DNA of 64,000 nucleotides from Mobula hypostoma (GCF_963921235.1 NC_086097.1:123320001-123384000); one strand, 5' to 3'; positions 14,066-26,706 are shown, counted from the first letter of the stretch. The notes: generated by a model from the sequence alone, not told the origin. Made by a program: numbers and translations.

Positions 14066-14489
14066 TTCAAGTTTATTGTCATTTAACTGCACACATATAT
14101 ACTGCCAAACGAAACCACTTTAAACATTCAGGACATAGATAAAGGAATGAAGAAGGATTCAAACAGGAGAAGACAGTGGACCAAGGAATAAGGAGAAGGA
14201 GAAAGGCACCAGAGGGAAGTGATGAGCAGGCTTTCAGGATGGGAAAGGAGAAAAGAAAGGTGAGAGGGCAACCAGAATGGGGAATGGAAAAAGAGAAGAG
14301 CAAGGAATGGAAAAAGAGAGAAGAAGGAGGAAAGGGTTGGAATGATCTTGGAGTAGAGTAAAGGTTCTGCACAACTTTGTGGGATGAAGGCCCTCTACTG
14401 TGCTGTAGTGTTCTATGTGAACTGAGCAAAGGTCTTAATGATGGAGCAGGTTCCAGAAACCACATGACCTAGGTCTGTATTTATCCTTT

Positions 14490-14986
14490 TGTCAGAACCT
14501 ACAGAATCTGCCAATCATGTGGCAGCAACTTAATGCACAAAAGCATACAGACATGGTCAAAGGATTCAGTTGTTTTTCAGTCCATGCATTAACATTGGGA
14601 AGAAATGTGGTCTAAGTGACTTTGACTGTGGAATGTTTGCTAGGGCCAGACAGAATGGTTTAAGTATCTCAGAAACTGCCAATCTCCTGGGAATTTCATG
14701 CACAACAGTCTCTAGAGTTTACAGAAAATGGTATGAAAATCAAAAAGCATCCAGTGAGTGCCTTGTTGATGAGAGAGGTCAGAGGACAATGGCCAGACTG
14801 GTTCAAGCTGACAGGAAGGTGACTCAAATAATCACGCATTACAACAGTGATGTGCAAAAGAGCATCTCTGAATGCGCAACACATTAAACCTTGAAGTGGA
14901 TGGGCTGCAGCAGCAGAAGACCACAAACATACACTAAGTGGCTACTTTATTAGGTACAGGAGGTAACTAATAGAGTCCACTGAGTG
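14490..14986 (+). mobile_element. Non-autonomous Tc1-like element ending in a double-TIR mini-hairpin
   Basis: ORF 14570-14887 KKCGLSDFDCGM..GLSISETANLLGISCTTVSRVYRKW; two opposed TIR copies at 14932-14986. Confidence 0.8.
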
Positions 14987-15359
14987 CATAGTTCAATCAA
15001 TCTTTTCCAAATCCACACACAGGAAGATTTACTATTGGAGTTTGTTCTTGGTTAAGATTTCTTGCATTATGCACTTTTTCCTCATCCACACCTTCACAAC
15101 ATCCTGGATGACTTTGAATACGTGTTCTTCTTTGTGGCTTATCCACCTCTAAGTTTTAGAGGATCCAGCTGATATGAATGCTGAGGTCTATGTCTTCTTC
15201 TTAAGGTATTACAAACCCATCAACTTACCTTCATCAAGCTCCACCAGATAGATGTATCTCCACAGACTGATTGCAAGCATGGTGCACTTCACTCCAAAGG
15301 AAAAATTATTTTCAATCACAAATTCTCTTCTGATCATTCAAAGTTTATGATTAAGATTC

Positions 15360-16119
15360 TAGATTGCTCAAGATTCAAGTTTATTGGTCATCATGTAAAT
15401 CGAACCATACAGTGAAATATGCTATCTGCATTAACAACTACCACACCCGAGGGTACGCCGGGAGCGACCAACAAGTGTCACCACACATTCTGGCCCCAAC
15501 ATAACAGAGCCACAATGCTCAGCACAATAACACTAGATACAAGAAGCAACAAAATAACAGCAGCAAAAACAAGCCCCATTCCCAGCACCTCCCCCCCCCC
15601 ACCACCCCAGCACAGACACAGTCTAGCCCCTAGCCTCCAGTGGATATGGACTTGAGCCTGCAGACACCAAACTTCAGCTCTACAGTGGCCTCGAAGAGAT
15701 TCACAGACTGCGGTATCACCAATTCACAAACCCAGGGGTTTGCGTACTTCCTGTCTGCACGGAAGTCTGACTGTAGAACCCGCCAACAACTCACTGACCT
15801 GGCATTGTCCACGTCTACTATCATAGGTGTCCGATGTCTCTGAACAAGAAGTGGAGACAGACTCCAACCTGACCTGTTCCTAACCTGACACCTAACTCTC
15901 CTCTTGGTCCCAAACCATCATTACAAACCTAAAAAAAAATAAAACTAAACAATAAAGAAAACAACAGACTTGCTAAAGGGTTTCAGCCCGAAATGTCGAC
16001 TTTACTCTTTTCCTAGATGCTGCCTGGTCTGCTGAGTTACTCCATCATTTTGTGTGTGTTGCTTCCAAACTAAATCTGAGTTGTGACTCAATGGAGATCA
16101 CAGCTTGGCACTATCTTGG
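15360..16119 (-). mobile_element. Non-coding non-autonomous retroelement (family also at 40780-41588), carrying a Penelope pLTR fragment at about 15962-16063
   Basis: Collinear similarity with 40780-41588; 5' end CAAGATRGYGCCA on minus strand; 3' end AATAAAC followed by TTGAA-type repeats. Confidence 0.6.
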
Positions 16120-16711
16120 ACTAATATGCATTCCTTTTCCTCTCTACTATACTCAAAGGATGTTCTTCAGATGCTACTTGATAATCTTCTGAAGTGATCT
16201 TCAAAATGAAAAACTCCCTTACTATTCTACCTTGGATTATTCCCGATTTCAATTTTTTTTTCATTTCCTGTTCACAGTGCACTTCCCTGCCGCGTAGAAG
16301 CATTTTCCTCAGTGAAGATCACAATAACAAGTTTTCAACAAGTTTGTTATCAGCAACCTCCACAATCAGATTGAAAATCAATGTCAATAAAAATTAAGAT
16401 TACACTAACTGGGAGATACATTTGCTTTCCAATTTACAATATCTTCAGCTATCCCATAGGTACAATATCCAATCAGCTCTTTGACCTCCTACCGTCAGAC
16501 AAAGGTACCACAGTAGAAGAAAAAGGACTGGTAGGCTGGTTAACAGCTTCTTCCCTCAGGCTGTGAAACTCTGAACACGCTGCTACCACACAGTACACAC
16601 TATTTGACAGTAGCATTATCCTGTTGTATATTTACTTCATGTAACTTGAACATCTACAAAATATTTTTTCATTATTGTATTAACATTATTTTATGTGCTG
16701 TATGTGAAATA

Positions 16712-17714
16712 CAACACTGTGCAAAAGTCTTCGGCGTATCTATACAGCCAGGGTGCCCAAGACTTTTGCACAGTACTATAGTAATTTTATGTATTGCACT
16801 GTACTACTGCCGCAAAAAAAAACAAATTTCATGACATACAGTAAAAACAGAATACTGCAGCACTACATTGATCCTATCCTGACTTATGGAAGTGAATGCT
16901 GGACCATTTCCCCAGCAATGGAAAAGAGACTAGAAGCAGCTGAATTATGGTTCTACAGGAGAATGTTAAAAATATCATGGACCACCCACACATCAAATGA
17001 AGACGTTCTCAGAAGAGCCCAAGCAGTTCGATCACTCATACCAACAATAAGAGAAAGACAACTCAGATTCCTAGGACACATCATGCGGAGAGATGAACTG
17101 GAAAAACTCATACTCTCCAGAAGGATTGAGGGGAGTAAACCTAGAGGAAGACCTCGGCTTATGTACATCAAAAGCATAGCCAGGTGGCTACACATCGAGG
17201 AAATGGAAGTCATCCAAAAAACGAGGGATCGATCTATATGGAAAACCATGGTCACCAAAGTCCGCATCGGATATGGTACCTAGACAGACAGACAGTAGGT
17301 GAGTGATGATCAACCTGTTTCTGACTTGGGTCTCTACTATGGACTGAGAGTGGGAAGACAGCAGGGAGAGGGGAATCATAGATGGGAAAAGGGGAAGAGC
17401 GCAGGGAGGGAGCAGGGAGCACCAGTGAGACATTCCCTAATGATCAATAAACCAATTGTTTGGAATCAAGTGGCCTTGCTTGGTGTCTCAGGGCTGGGTG
17501 TGCCTGCACTCACCTCATCTCTGGAACTCCTTCTCTGCCACCTGCGCCACACCCCTCCCTCGGTGCTCCATCCTCAACATTCCCAATATCCTCTGCTTCC
17601 CCCACCAGATTTAAAAATTCAATCTCCACTCTATGTTGACAAATACAGACAGCCCTGTGCAAAAGTCTTGGGTACCCTAACTATGTATATGTGCCTAAGA
17701 CTTTTGCAGTGCTG
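16712..17714. mobile_element. Composite DNA transposon: two inverted ~65-bp mini-MITEs flanking captured sequence
   Basis: Hairpins CTGTGCAAAAGTCTT...AAGACTTTTGCA at 16712-16778 and 17650-17714; outer TA dinucleotides; the host repeat continues across the whole block. Confidence 0.65.
16838..17294 (+). mobile_element. RTE-clade LINE 3' fragment
   Basis: PILTYGSECWT..RLEAAELWFYRRMLKISW..RQLRFLGHIMR..EGSKPRGRPR, stop at 17283, then (AGAC)n tail. Confidence 0.85.
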
Positions 17715-18882
17715 TATGTACTGTGTTTTGCACCCTGGTCCCAGAGGAACCTTGTTTCATTTATCTGTATACACGTGTATGGTCGATGACAAAAAACTTC
17801 AATTGACTTGATGCTCAATGCCCTTTCCAATCACAAACCTGTGACACTTCTTTCAAGCGATTATGGATTTGTATTCCCAGATCCCTTTGATCTACCACAC
17901 ACCTCAGTACCATTCATTATGTATATGCACTCTGGTTTATCCTCCCAAAGTGCAACCCCTCACACCTGTCTGCATTAAATCCCACCTGCCACTTTTTAGC
18001 TGGTCCAGACCCCGCTGCAAGTGTTGATACCCTTCCCCACTGTCCACTATTCCCTCAGCCTTGGTGTCATCCACAAACCTGCTGATCCAGTTCGCCACAT
18101 TATCATCCAAATAATTATGTGGCAAACTGGATCTGCAAGCTTTTCACCTTTCACCCTTAACCCATTACCTCTGGTTGATCTAAATTCAGTATTTGCGGTA
18201 CCTAATTTCAAAAGAGTGAAGGGACATCTCATTGAAGCATATTGAATATTGAAAGGCCTAGACGTTTTTCCATGGACGCAGTTCCTATGTTTACAGTCTT
18301 ATAAACAACAAAAGACCATTAACGACACACCATTAGTCACAGGCTGGACCGTCAGTATTCTGGAATGCTTTCAATCCAGGAAGGACTTCAAGAATGGACT
18401 ATGGAGAGGAGAAATACAGGGAGTGGAGAGCCCCATGCTGGGAAAACCTCTTTGTCGTTCCACCACAGAGCAATGTGGATTAAACCTTCCTGCTGCACTT
18501 GAGATTTTCATACAGTCGGTAGAGAGCACAGACGTGACAGTTTGTCAGGAAATCAGGTTGCACACAGGATAAACTCTCCTGAGTCAGTGGAAGCCATTTT
18601 AGTTAATGGGAGAACTTATGCAACACAAACCTGGATGCACTGTCACAGGAGGTTCAATGACACAGTGAAGGTCAATATGTACATCGTCAAATGCCACAGA
18701 CATCCAACTGTCTGCTAAAGGCACCACACTCCCCCGTCACCCACCTATCAGTAAGCTGGATCAATCAGAATACATGTAAATGCCCCACGACACTGCGGAA
18801 GCCCACCAACCACCAGAAACAACGGCTGATATTACTCTCAAGTCAACATCTCAATAATAAGCAAATGCTCTGACAGGCCGGT

Positions 18883-19800
18883 CAAGGACTACATCTGCAG
18901 CATGCTACCACCCAAACTGGACCCCCTACGATTTGCCTACCAACATAACCGATCGACAGACAGCGCAACAGCCACTGTTTTACATACCGTCCTTACACAT
19001 CTGGAGAAGAAGGATGCTTATGTGAGAATGCTGTACTTGGTCTACAGTTCAGCATTCAACACCATAATTCCATCCAGGCTCGACAGGAAGCTCAGAAACC
19101 TCAGCTTTGACCCTGCCTTGTGCAGCTGGATCCTGACCCCTATTGACATCAATGGATCGCGGGTTGAGAGAGGGCAAACAGCTGTAAGTTCCTCAGCATC
19201 CACATCACCAAGGTCTTCACATGGTCTGTGCACACCAGCTGTGTGGTGAAAAAGGCGCAACAGTGCTTCTTTCACCTCAGACAGTTGAAGAAGTTTGGTA
19301 TGGGCCCCCAAACCCTAAGGGCTTTCTACAGCAGCACAATTGAGAGCATCCTGACTGGCTGCATCACTGCCTGGTATGGGAACTGTACCTCCCTTAATCG
19401 CAGGACACTACGGAGAGTGGTCTGGACAGCCTAGCACATCTGTAGTTGTGAACTTCCCATGATTCAAGACATTTACAAAGACAGGTGTGAAAAAAGGGCC
19501 CGAAGGATCATTGGGGACTCGAGTCACCCCAACCACAAACTGTTCCAGCTGCTACCATCCGGGAAACAGTACCAGAGCATTAAAGCCAGGACCAACAGGC
19601 TCTGGGACAGCTTCTTCCACCAGGCCATCAGACTGATTAACTCACGCTGATTTGAGTATATTTCTATGTAACATTGACTGTTCTATTTGTTATAAATAAT
19701 TGTAAATTACTATGATTGCACATTGCACATTTGAGAGGTAACGTAAAGATTTTTACTCTTCATGTATGTGAAGGATGTAAGAAATAAATTCAATTCAAAA
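18883..19800 (+). mobile_element. Rex1/Babar-like LINE, 5'-truncated with internal deletion
   Basis: LDPLRFAYQHNRSTD..YVRMLYLVYSSAFNTIIP jumps directly to TPIDING; C-terminal HPNHKLFQLLPSGKQYQSI; AATAAA TTCAATTCAA tail. Confidence 0.8.
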
Positions 19801-19914
19801 TCACTCTCACTCTGTCAAACCTTCCCTCAGGATCCATGCAAGTTGTTTTTTGCTGAGGCTTGCCACTTATAGCACTTTTCTATACACTGTTACAACAGAA
19901 TATTTTAATATTCT

Positions 19915-20088
19915 TAGAGGTACAGCAATGCCTTTCCCTTGGACAACATCGGTGGCGCGGAGAGGGGAGACCTGCAGCATGGTCAGCTGCTGGTCTTCCA
20001 TACAACCTTGCCCAGGCCTGCGCCCTGGAAACCTTCCAAGGCACAAATCCATGGGCTCATGAGACTAACGGATGCCTGCTATTATTAT
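19915..20088 (+). mobile_element. Short non-autonomous retroelement with (TAT)n tail
   Basis: GC-rich block of about 175 bp ending in CTATTATTATTA; shares a core with the 6416 insert. Confidence 0.5.
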
Positions 20089-20330
20089 TACAGCATGGGA
20101 ACAGGCCTTCCTAGCCCAAGAAGCCTGCGCCACCCAATTACACTCAAGTGGTGTTTTAACCTACTAACCGGTACATCTTTGTAAAGTGGAAGGAAACCAG
20201 AGCACCTGGAAGAACCCCACACAGTCACAGACAGGACAGAACGTACAACTTATTAATGACAGTGGCAGGAATCGAACCCCAATCTTACAGCTGGCGCCGT
20301 AAAACGATTGTGCTACCAAGCCGCCCCCAT
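20089..20330 (-). mobile_element. V-domain tRNA SINE
   Basis: Reverse complement shows B-box GGTTCGATTCC and V-domain-like TTCCAGGTGCTCTGGTTTCCTTCCAC. Confidence 0.7.
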
Positions 20331-20364
20331 CAATGCAAGAAATATTTAGCATTTGACTAGTCAC

Positions 20365-20584
20365 AAACACAAACTTCTGCTACAGATGCTGAAAATCTGT
20401 CAAGTACACACAAAATGCTGGAGGAACTCAGCAGGTCAGGCAGCATCTATGGAGAGGAATGAAGAGTCGATGTTTTGGGCCGAAACCCTTCATCAGATCT
20501 CAGCCTGAAATGTTGACTGTTTATTCCTCTACACAGATGCTGCCTGACCTGTTGAGTTCCTCCAGCAGTTTGTGTGTATTTGAC
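20365..20584. mobile_element. Penelope-derived fold-back mini-element (older subfamily)
   Basis: Left arm GTCAAGTACACACAAAATGCTGGAGGAACTCAGCAGGTCAGGCAGCATCT pairs with right arm AGATGCTGCCTGACCTGTTGAGTTCCTCCAGCAGTTTGTGTGTATTTGAC; arms join within degenerate hammerhead sequence. Confidence 0.75.
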
Positions 20585-20759
20585 AAATACACCTTTTGCA
20601 TTCACAGCTGTATGGACTCCTTGGTGCAGCTCAGGACTCTCCATGGTGCTGACATTCCTGGATTTAGGGACATCTTCCTGGCCACCTCCAAACAAAAGAG
20701 CCGTCTCTTTTGACAGAAATCCTTCTCTATTTCTTTTGCTCCTTATTCATATCACAGAG

Positions 20760-22290
20760 ATGTGAGGACATGATCTTGGGGCCCAGGTCCACAGGTTCTT
20801 CAAAGTTGTCCTAAAAGTTCATAAGGATATTTAAGAAGGTGGATGGCGTGTTGGCCTTCATTAGTCAGGGGTTTGACTTCAAGAGCCGTGAGGTAATGTT
20901 GCAGCTCTATAAATCCCTAGTTAGAACACACTTGGAATATTGTGTTCAGTTCTGGTCACCTCATTATAGGAAGGATGTGGAAGCTTTAGAGAAGGTGTGG
21001 AGGAGATTTACCAGGATGCTGTCTGGATTAGAGAGGGCATGTCTTATGAAGATAGGTTGAGCAAGCTGGGGCTTTTCACTTTGAAGCGAAAGAGATAAGA
21101 GTTGATTTGATAGAGGTGCACAAGATAAGAGGGATGGATCAAGATGGCACCAGCAACCAATGGCAACGTCCTCCAAAGAGTTCGCAAAACTAATTCTTTA
21201 CTCCTTCTTCTTTTAAATATGCTTCTACTGCTAAACTGCATGCAAATGGAGCCTGTAATGTCTAGGCTGATGAAGTGTTTTATGCCCAACTGAGCAATCT
21301 GGCACTATTGCTGTCTCTGGGGGAATTGGGCGAGGTTGAGAGAGAGCGTACGACCTAATGGCAGAGTGCGAACCCATGATCAGTTCCACCACTCACCGAT
21401 CTCGCCAAGAAAAGCATCAAGCAAGATTGAAATCGACAAGGATGAGAGCAGAAAGCAAGCAGGTGACCAGTACCATCTGTCTGCATTTGACAGGTCTCCA
21501 TCTATCTCTCACTCATTGCCGCCAGAGGAAGGTGTAGGAGTCCAGGATCTTGGGCAAGGTTTTATTAATGCGGCTTGCGGTTATGGACTTGTTTTTAGAG
21601 GACTCTGCGGTTCATATTACATAAGTTTCTGGCTCCTGGTTACTCTTTTTTTATTGTTAATTTGCACAATCTTGATTGGGACACTTCTGCGTGGAAACAG
21701 TCTGGGAATTTGCCGTTTCAAACACTGCTGTTTAATGTTTAACATTCTGTGTGATATTTGCTCATACATTGCCGTTTGCGTGATTTGTTCTTTTTTTTTT
21801 GCCCATTGGACGTTTGATGTTTTCTTTGAATGGGTTCCATGGTGTTTCTCTGTTTCTTGGCTGCCCTGGGGGGGCGGAATGAATGAATGTCAGAGTTGTA
21901 TTCTGTATACATACCTTGATAATACATGACCTTAAATCTATAAATCTTTGATAAAATGGATGACCAGAGACTTTTTCCCCAGGGTGGAAATGTCTAATAC
22001 CAAGGGGCATCATTCTAAAGTGATTGGAGTAAATTATAGGGGGGGGATGTTAGAGCTAAGTTTTTTTCACACAGGGAGTGGTGAGTGTTTGGAACGTGCT
22101 GCCAGGGGTGATGGTAGAGGCAGATACAATAGGGACATTTAAGAAAAGTTTTGATGGGCTCGTGTAGGAGAGTTATGTAGGAGGTAAAGGTTAGATTGAT
22201 CTTGGAGTCGGTTAAAAGTTCAGCACGACATTCTGAGCCAAAGGGCCTGCACGGAGCTGTAATGTTCTAATTTCTATGTTCTATGTTAAC
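20760..22290 (+). mobile_element. CR1 3' fragment split by a non-coding retroelement (about 21140-21950)
   Basis: MLQLYKSLVRTHLEYCVQFWSPHYRKD; the CR1 resumes near 21955 and ends in TTCTATG repeats; the insert starts CAAGATGGCACC. Confidence 0.75.
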
Positions 22291-22699
22291 TGATCTGATA
22301 AACACAGAACCACTTCCGATTTTGTAGAAGTTCCTTCTGGTTAATGTTGAGGGACAACCAGTAGAAAACTCCAGGTGATGACTGTGATTCCAGTCTGGAT
22401 CAATTTGCATAGGTATGTTTCACAATGCCATATGTACAGCATTCATGTAGTGGTTGTAGGAGAAACATTTGCATCTTTAAGTGTCTCTTATTGTACTCAA
22501 GTGCACTGTGGCCCTTCAGAGTTACAGAAATCTGTTTCTTCTGCGAGTCCATAGCTTCATTGTTGTGATTCACAACAATGAGATTGAAACTCTCAACAGA
22601 AATAAATTTTGGGCATTCGAAAACTACTAACATCAGTTGGGTCAGCTGAACACCAGAGCAGTGCTGGATACATGATATTCTCAAATGAGAAGAACCTTA

Positions 22700-23118
22700 T
22701 TAACACCGGTATCAACGGGTGGTGGGGTAGAGATAACATCTCTTCTGAAAGAGGTGTAAGGTGTTCCTTCCCTCTGCTGGACTGCAGGACTCCCTTGGGC
22801 AAAGTGTAGCACCTGCTTAGCCCCACACCCATCCCCCCGCCGCCCGATCTGAGTCACGTGAAGCCATGGGAGCTGGTGATAAATGGTCGGATAAGCAGCT
22901 GGTGCTTATCACAAGTCCTGCTTATGCAACCACTGACGCCAGGCAGACAGTCCCTGGAGTACTGCTGATGGCTGGGGTCACCCGTCTTGTAAAGACACTG
23001 CCCAGAAGAAGGCAATGGCAAAACACTTCTGTCAAAAAATTTGCCAAAGATAATCATGGGCTTGGAAAGATCCTGATCGCCTACGTCATACAACACAGCA
23101 CATAAAGATGATGATGAT
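22700..23118 (+). mobile_element. RTE-dependent non-autonomous element/SINE with (GAT)n tail
   Basis: Contains GAAGGCAATGGCAAAACACT (BovB/RTE-like motif); 3' end encodes ILIAYVIQHST* resembling RTE C-termini in this window; tail GATGATGATGAT. Confidence 0.65.
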
Positions 23119-23699
23119 TTATGCACAGAGCAGCATGCCCAAATTGGTTAATACCATGCTAATGCAATTTTTTTAACCACAGTTTGCATAGCTTTTGTAG
23201 AAACTAGTTTTTAAGTAACTTACACTGTATTGTTATGTTGTATTTTCTGTTAGTACTATGCTAATGTAGTGTTCATCTGTAATCTAATCCTTTAGGACAC
23301 CGAGCAGATGAATTTCTAGGTCTAGGAGTACATGTCTCAATAAAGTAGCAAGAACATTCACAGTTTTTGCAAAGTCGCAAAAGTCATCTCAACCCTTTGG
23401 CAGTCTTTATGAAGGCTCAGGAATGATTTAACTTAACAGCAGGCTTCTCTAAGCAGCCAAAACAATTTTAATGTTGAATCTCATTACTTCTTCTCCCCAA
23501 AAATGATATGCAGGAGGGGGGAGGAATAAGGACCCGAAGGACACGAAGAGAACTTTAACTCAGGCTCATGCGGTAAAGTCAATTCCGCTTTCCTGCCAGA
23601 CTGAAGCACATCAGAAGAAAACCTGGACTTGACAAGGACTAGGAAGGCAACAATTTACATTCCCCTGAAAGAACCAGGAGATGATGAAGCTTTAAACCC

Positions 23700-24895
23700 A
23701 TAAGACATAGGAGGAGAATTAGGCCATTCAGCCCGTCAAGTCTGCCTCTCCATTCAGTCATGGCTAAACTCCATTCTCCTGCCTACTCGCCACAACCTTT
23801 GACACCTGTGGTGATCAATAACCTATCAACCTCTGGTCTAAATGTACCCAATGACTTGGCCTCCACAGCCGTCTGCAGCAATGAATCCCAGAGATCCACC
23901 TCCCACTGGGTCAAGAAATTCTTCCTCATCTCTGTTCTAAAGGAATGTTCTTCTATTCTGAGGCTGTGCCCTCTGGTGCTAGACTCTCCCATTTTTGGAA
24001 ACATCCTTTTCTTTCCACCCTACCTAGGCCTTTCAATATTCAATAGGTTTCAAAAACGTCCCCTCTTATTCTTCTAAACTCCAGCGAGTGCAGGCCCAGA
24101 CCCATTACCTACTTACTGCCCGTTACACCTGCTGCCATTTGTTTATGACACCAGAGAAGGTACTGCATCACTGTCTGTCCTTGGACATTTTATCACACAC
24201 AGATGTAGAAAGATTCTTCATTGTTATTTCCGTAACAGTCATGTTTGACCAGTCAGGGTTGTTAGCCTTGAGCAGAACCCCCATTCTTGGAAAACAAGTG
24301 GACCACCTTTAACCTGGCCTCTACTTTCTGACCTGTTTGGCAGGGGTGACCCTACCAAGAGCTGAAGCACCAAGTCCAGACTCCAGCCAACCTAGTTCTC
24401 CAGGTCATTGAGACACACATGCCTGCAAACCACAACATAATTTCGATAGGATCCCCTCTCACTCTTCTAAACTCCAGTGCGTACAGGCCCAGAGCCATCA
24501 AGAACTCCTCAAATGTTAACCGTTCATTCCTCTGGACTTTCTCCAATTCCAACACAACCTTTCTTACATAAGGGGCTCAAAACTGCTCACAATATTCCAA
24601 GTGTGATCTGACCAATTGCCTTACAAAGCCTCAGCATCATCACGTCCTTGCTTTTATATTCTTCTTCTCTCAAAATGAATGCTAACATTGCACTTGTTTT
24701 CCTTACTACCAACTCAACCTCAAGTTAACCTTTAGGGAATCCTGCACGAAGACTCCCAAGTTCCTTTGCATATCCAGTTACTGAATTTGCTCCCCACTTA
24801 GAAAATAGTCCATACCTTTATTCCTTCTACCAAAGTGCATGTCCACATACTTCCCTGCACTTCTTTGCCCATTCTCCCAATCTGTCCAAGTCCTT
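23700..24895 (-). mobile_element. CR1 3' fragment split by an RTE-derived non-autonomous insert (about 24103-24440)
   Basis: MGESSTRGHSLRIEEHSFRTEMRKNF and LGLYALEFRRVRGD; the insert is flanked by a diverged repeat of CR1 sequence. Confidence 0.75.
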
Positions 24896-24959
24896 AGTGC
24901 TTTTCTGGGCCTTATAAGAATGTGTAGATAATTTTTCCTTAAAGCTACCTCTTCTGCTC

Positions 24960-25415
24960 CCAGTTAACTTCCTCACATTGAGTTCCATATGATACAAACC
25001 AGCGCACTCACTTAATCTATCAATATGTCTCGATGCAGCTTGTTGAGGTTACTTACCAAGCCAGCCCAACTTAACATTATCAGAATATTTAAAGATACGA
25101 CCCGCTATTCTATTAAAGTCATGGATAAGTATACTGAAAATATACGTTTCACTTTTCAATCACTGAGGACGCAAGTAGTATCGACCATTATTGTAATTCC
25201 TGTCTCCAGTTTCATAACTAATCCCCTAAAAACAAATGGCTGTGTCCAATTACCTGCTCTTTCATTTTTGCTTGGTTTCTTGAAGTCTATTTAACTAACT
25301 TGGACAAGATGTACTCATGAAAAATCTATATTGGCTGTTAGTTCATATTTTTTGATGCGCTTAGTTATTCTCTCCCTCATGACAAATTTAGTAACTTCCC
25401 AGACAGATGCTAGAC
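24960..25415 (-). pseudogene. Very ancient CR1 RT remnant
   Basis: Minus strand reads FSILIHDFNRIAGRIFKYSDNVKLG (cf. FTIYINDLDEGIKCSISKFADDTKLG) and IDRLSECAGLYHMELNVRK (cf. LDRLGEWANSWQMQFNVDK). Confidence 0.6.
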
Positions 25416-26706
25416 TAATTGACTTATAAGACCATAAGCCCATCGGACTTAGCAGCAGTTGCCCACCAAGTTTACTCCACCATTCGATCATGGCTGATCT
25501 ATTTTCCCTCTCAACCCAATTCTCCTGCCTTCTCCCTTTAAGCTTTGCCATCCTTACTAATCAAGAACCTGTCAGCCTCTGCTTTAAGTATACCCATCCA
25601 GAAGTACATGGCACCAGCAAACAAGGCAACATCGTCTAGACAGGTCACGAAGCAACTCCTTTCACTCCTTTTACATCTTTGTTTTATTCCAGATGTGGTT
25701 CTGCTACTGTTACAGCCTGTTATCTACATTCTGGTGGCGTGATTTCACAGGTGAATTGCACAGATTCACTACCCTCTGGCTAACGACATTCCTCCTCATC
25801 TCCGTTCTAAAGGGCCATCTCTCTGTTCTGAGGTTCTAGACTCCCCTGCTATAGGGAACATCCACTCCACGTCCACTCTATCTAGCCCTTTCAATATTCA
25901 ATGGATTTCAATGAAGTACCTCCTCATTCTACTAACCTTTAGTGAGTAAAGGCCCAGAAGCATCAAACACTCCTCATACATTAATTTAAATAGGTTAAAA
26001 TCTCTGATTTACCCATACCATGCTTCTTAAGTAATAGTGTCAAACTCACAATATTCTAAATTAAAGTATGAATTAATTGAATCAAGAGGATTCTGAAGAG
26101 TCATAATTAAATAATTTGCCATCTTATCCCCTTTTTAAGCTCCTTGTTTGCTCAGTATCATTTATTATTTATTACTATTAATATTATTATTATTGTTTTT
26201 TTTTGTATTTGCACAGTTTGCCTTCTGATACACATTGTTTGTTCATCAGTCTTTGCTTTTCATTTGGTTTTCATTGATTCTGTTGTATTTCTTTGTTCTA
26301 AGAATGCCTGCAAAGAAAATCCCAGAGTAATACATGGTGACATATATGTACTTGGATAATAAATCCCCTGGAACGTTAACCTTTGTACTGTAAAAACCTT
26401 GCTATTAGAGCCCCCAATTCCAAGACAGGGGAGGAGAGGGTACTGTTCCTATAAGTCATCTTTGTTGGAGCAATACTGACCAGCACCAATAACCAGTGAA
26501 TTGGTGCAAATTACAGAGTTCTGACAATAGCACACATTATTGAATTTAGCTGTGCATCCATGTACTTGGACTGAGTGCGAGCAGACAGAGAGGAACACAA
26601 TACCCAGCTACTGAAAAGATCACATCATGAGTAACCCTATGTTTGATTCCCAGCTTATTTGGGCAAGATTTTATACCACCGTTGCTTAATAATCAAAGCT
26701 ATAAAC

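Noticed and set aside
15229..15330. Minus-strand open stretch ending at an AG/GTAAGT donor
   Set aside because: Peptide (REFVIENNFSFGVKCTML...) is unrecognisable, the acceptor is weak and no partner exons were found.
21336..21929. 197-aa ORF with hydrophobic segments
   Set aside because: Lies within a non-coding insert splitting a CR1; hydrophobicity reflects T-rich sequence; no known domain.
25057..25225. Apparent minus-strand exon with TTTTTAG acceptor and GTAAGT donor
   Set aside because: All three frames contain stops and the sequence is explained as an ancient CR1 RT remnant.
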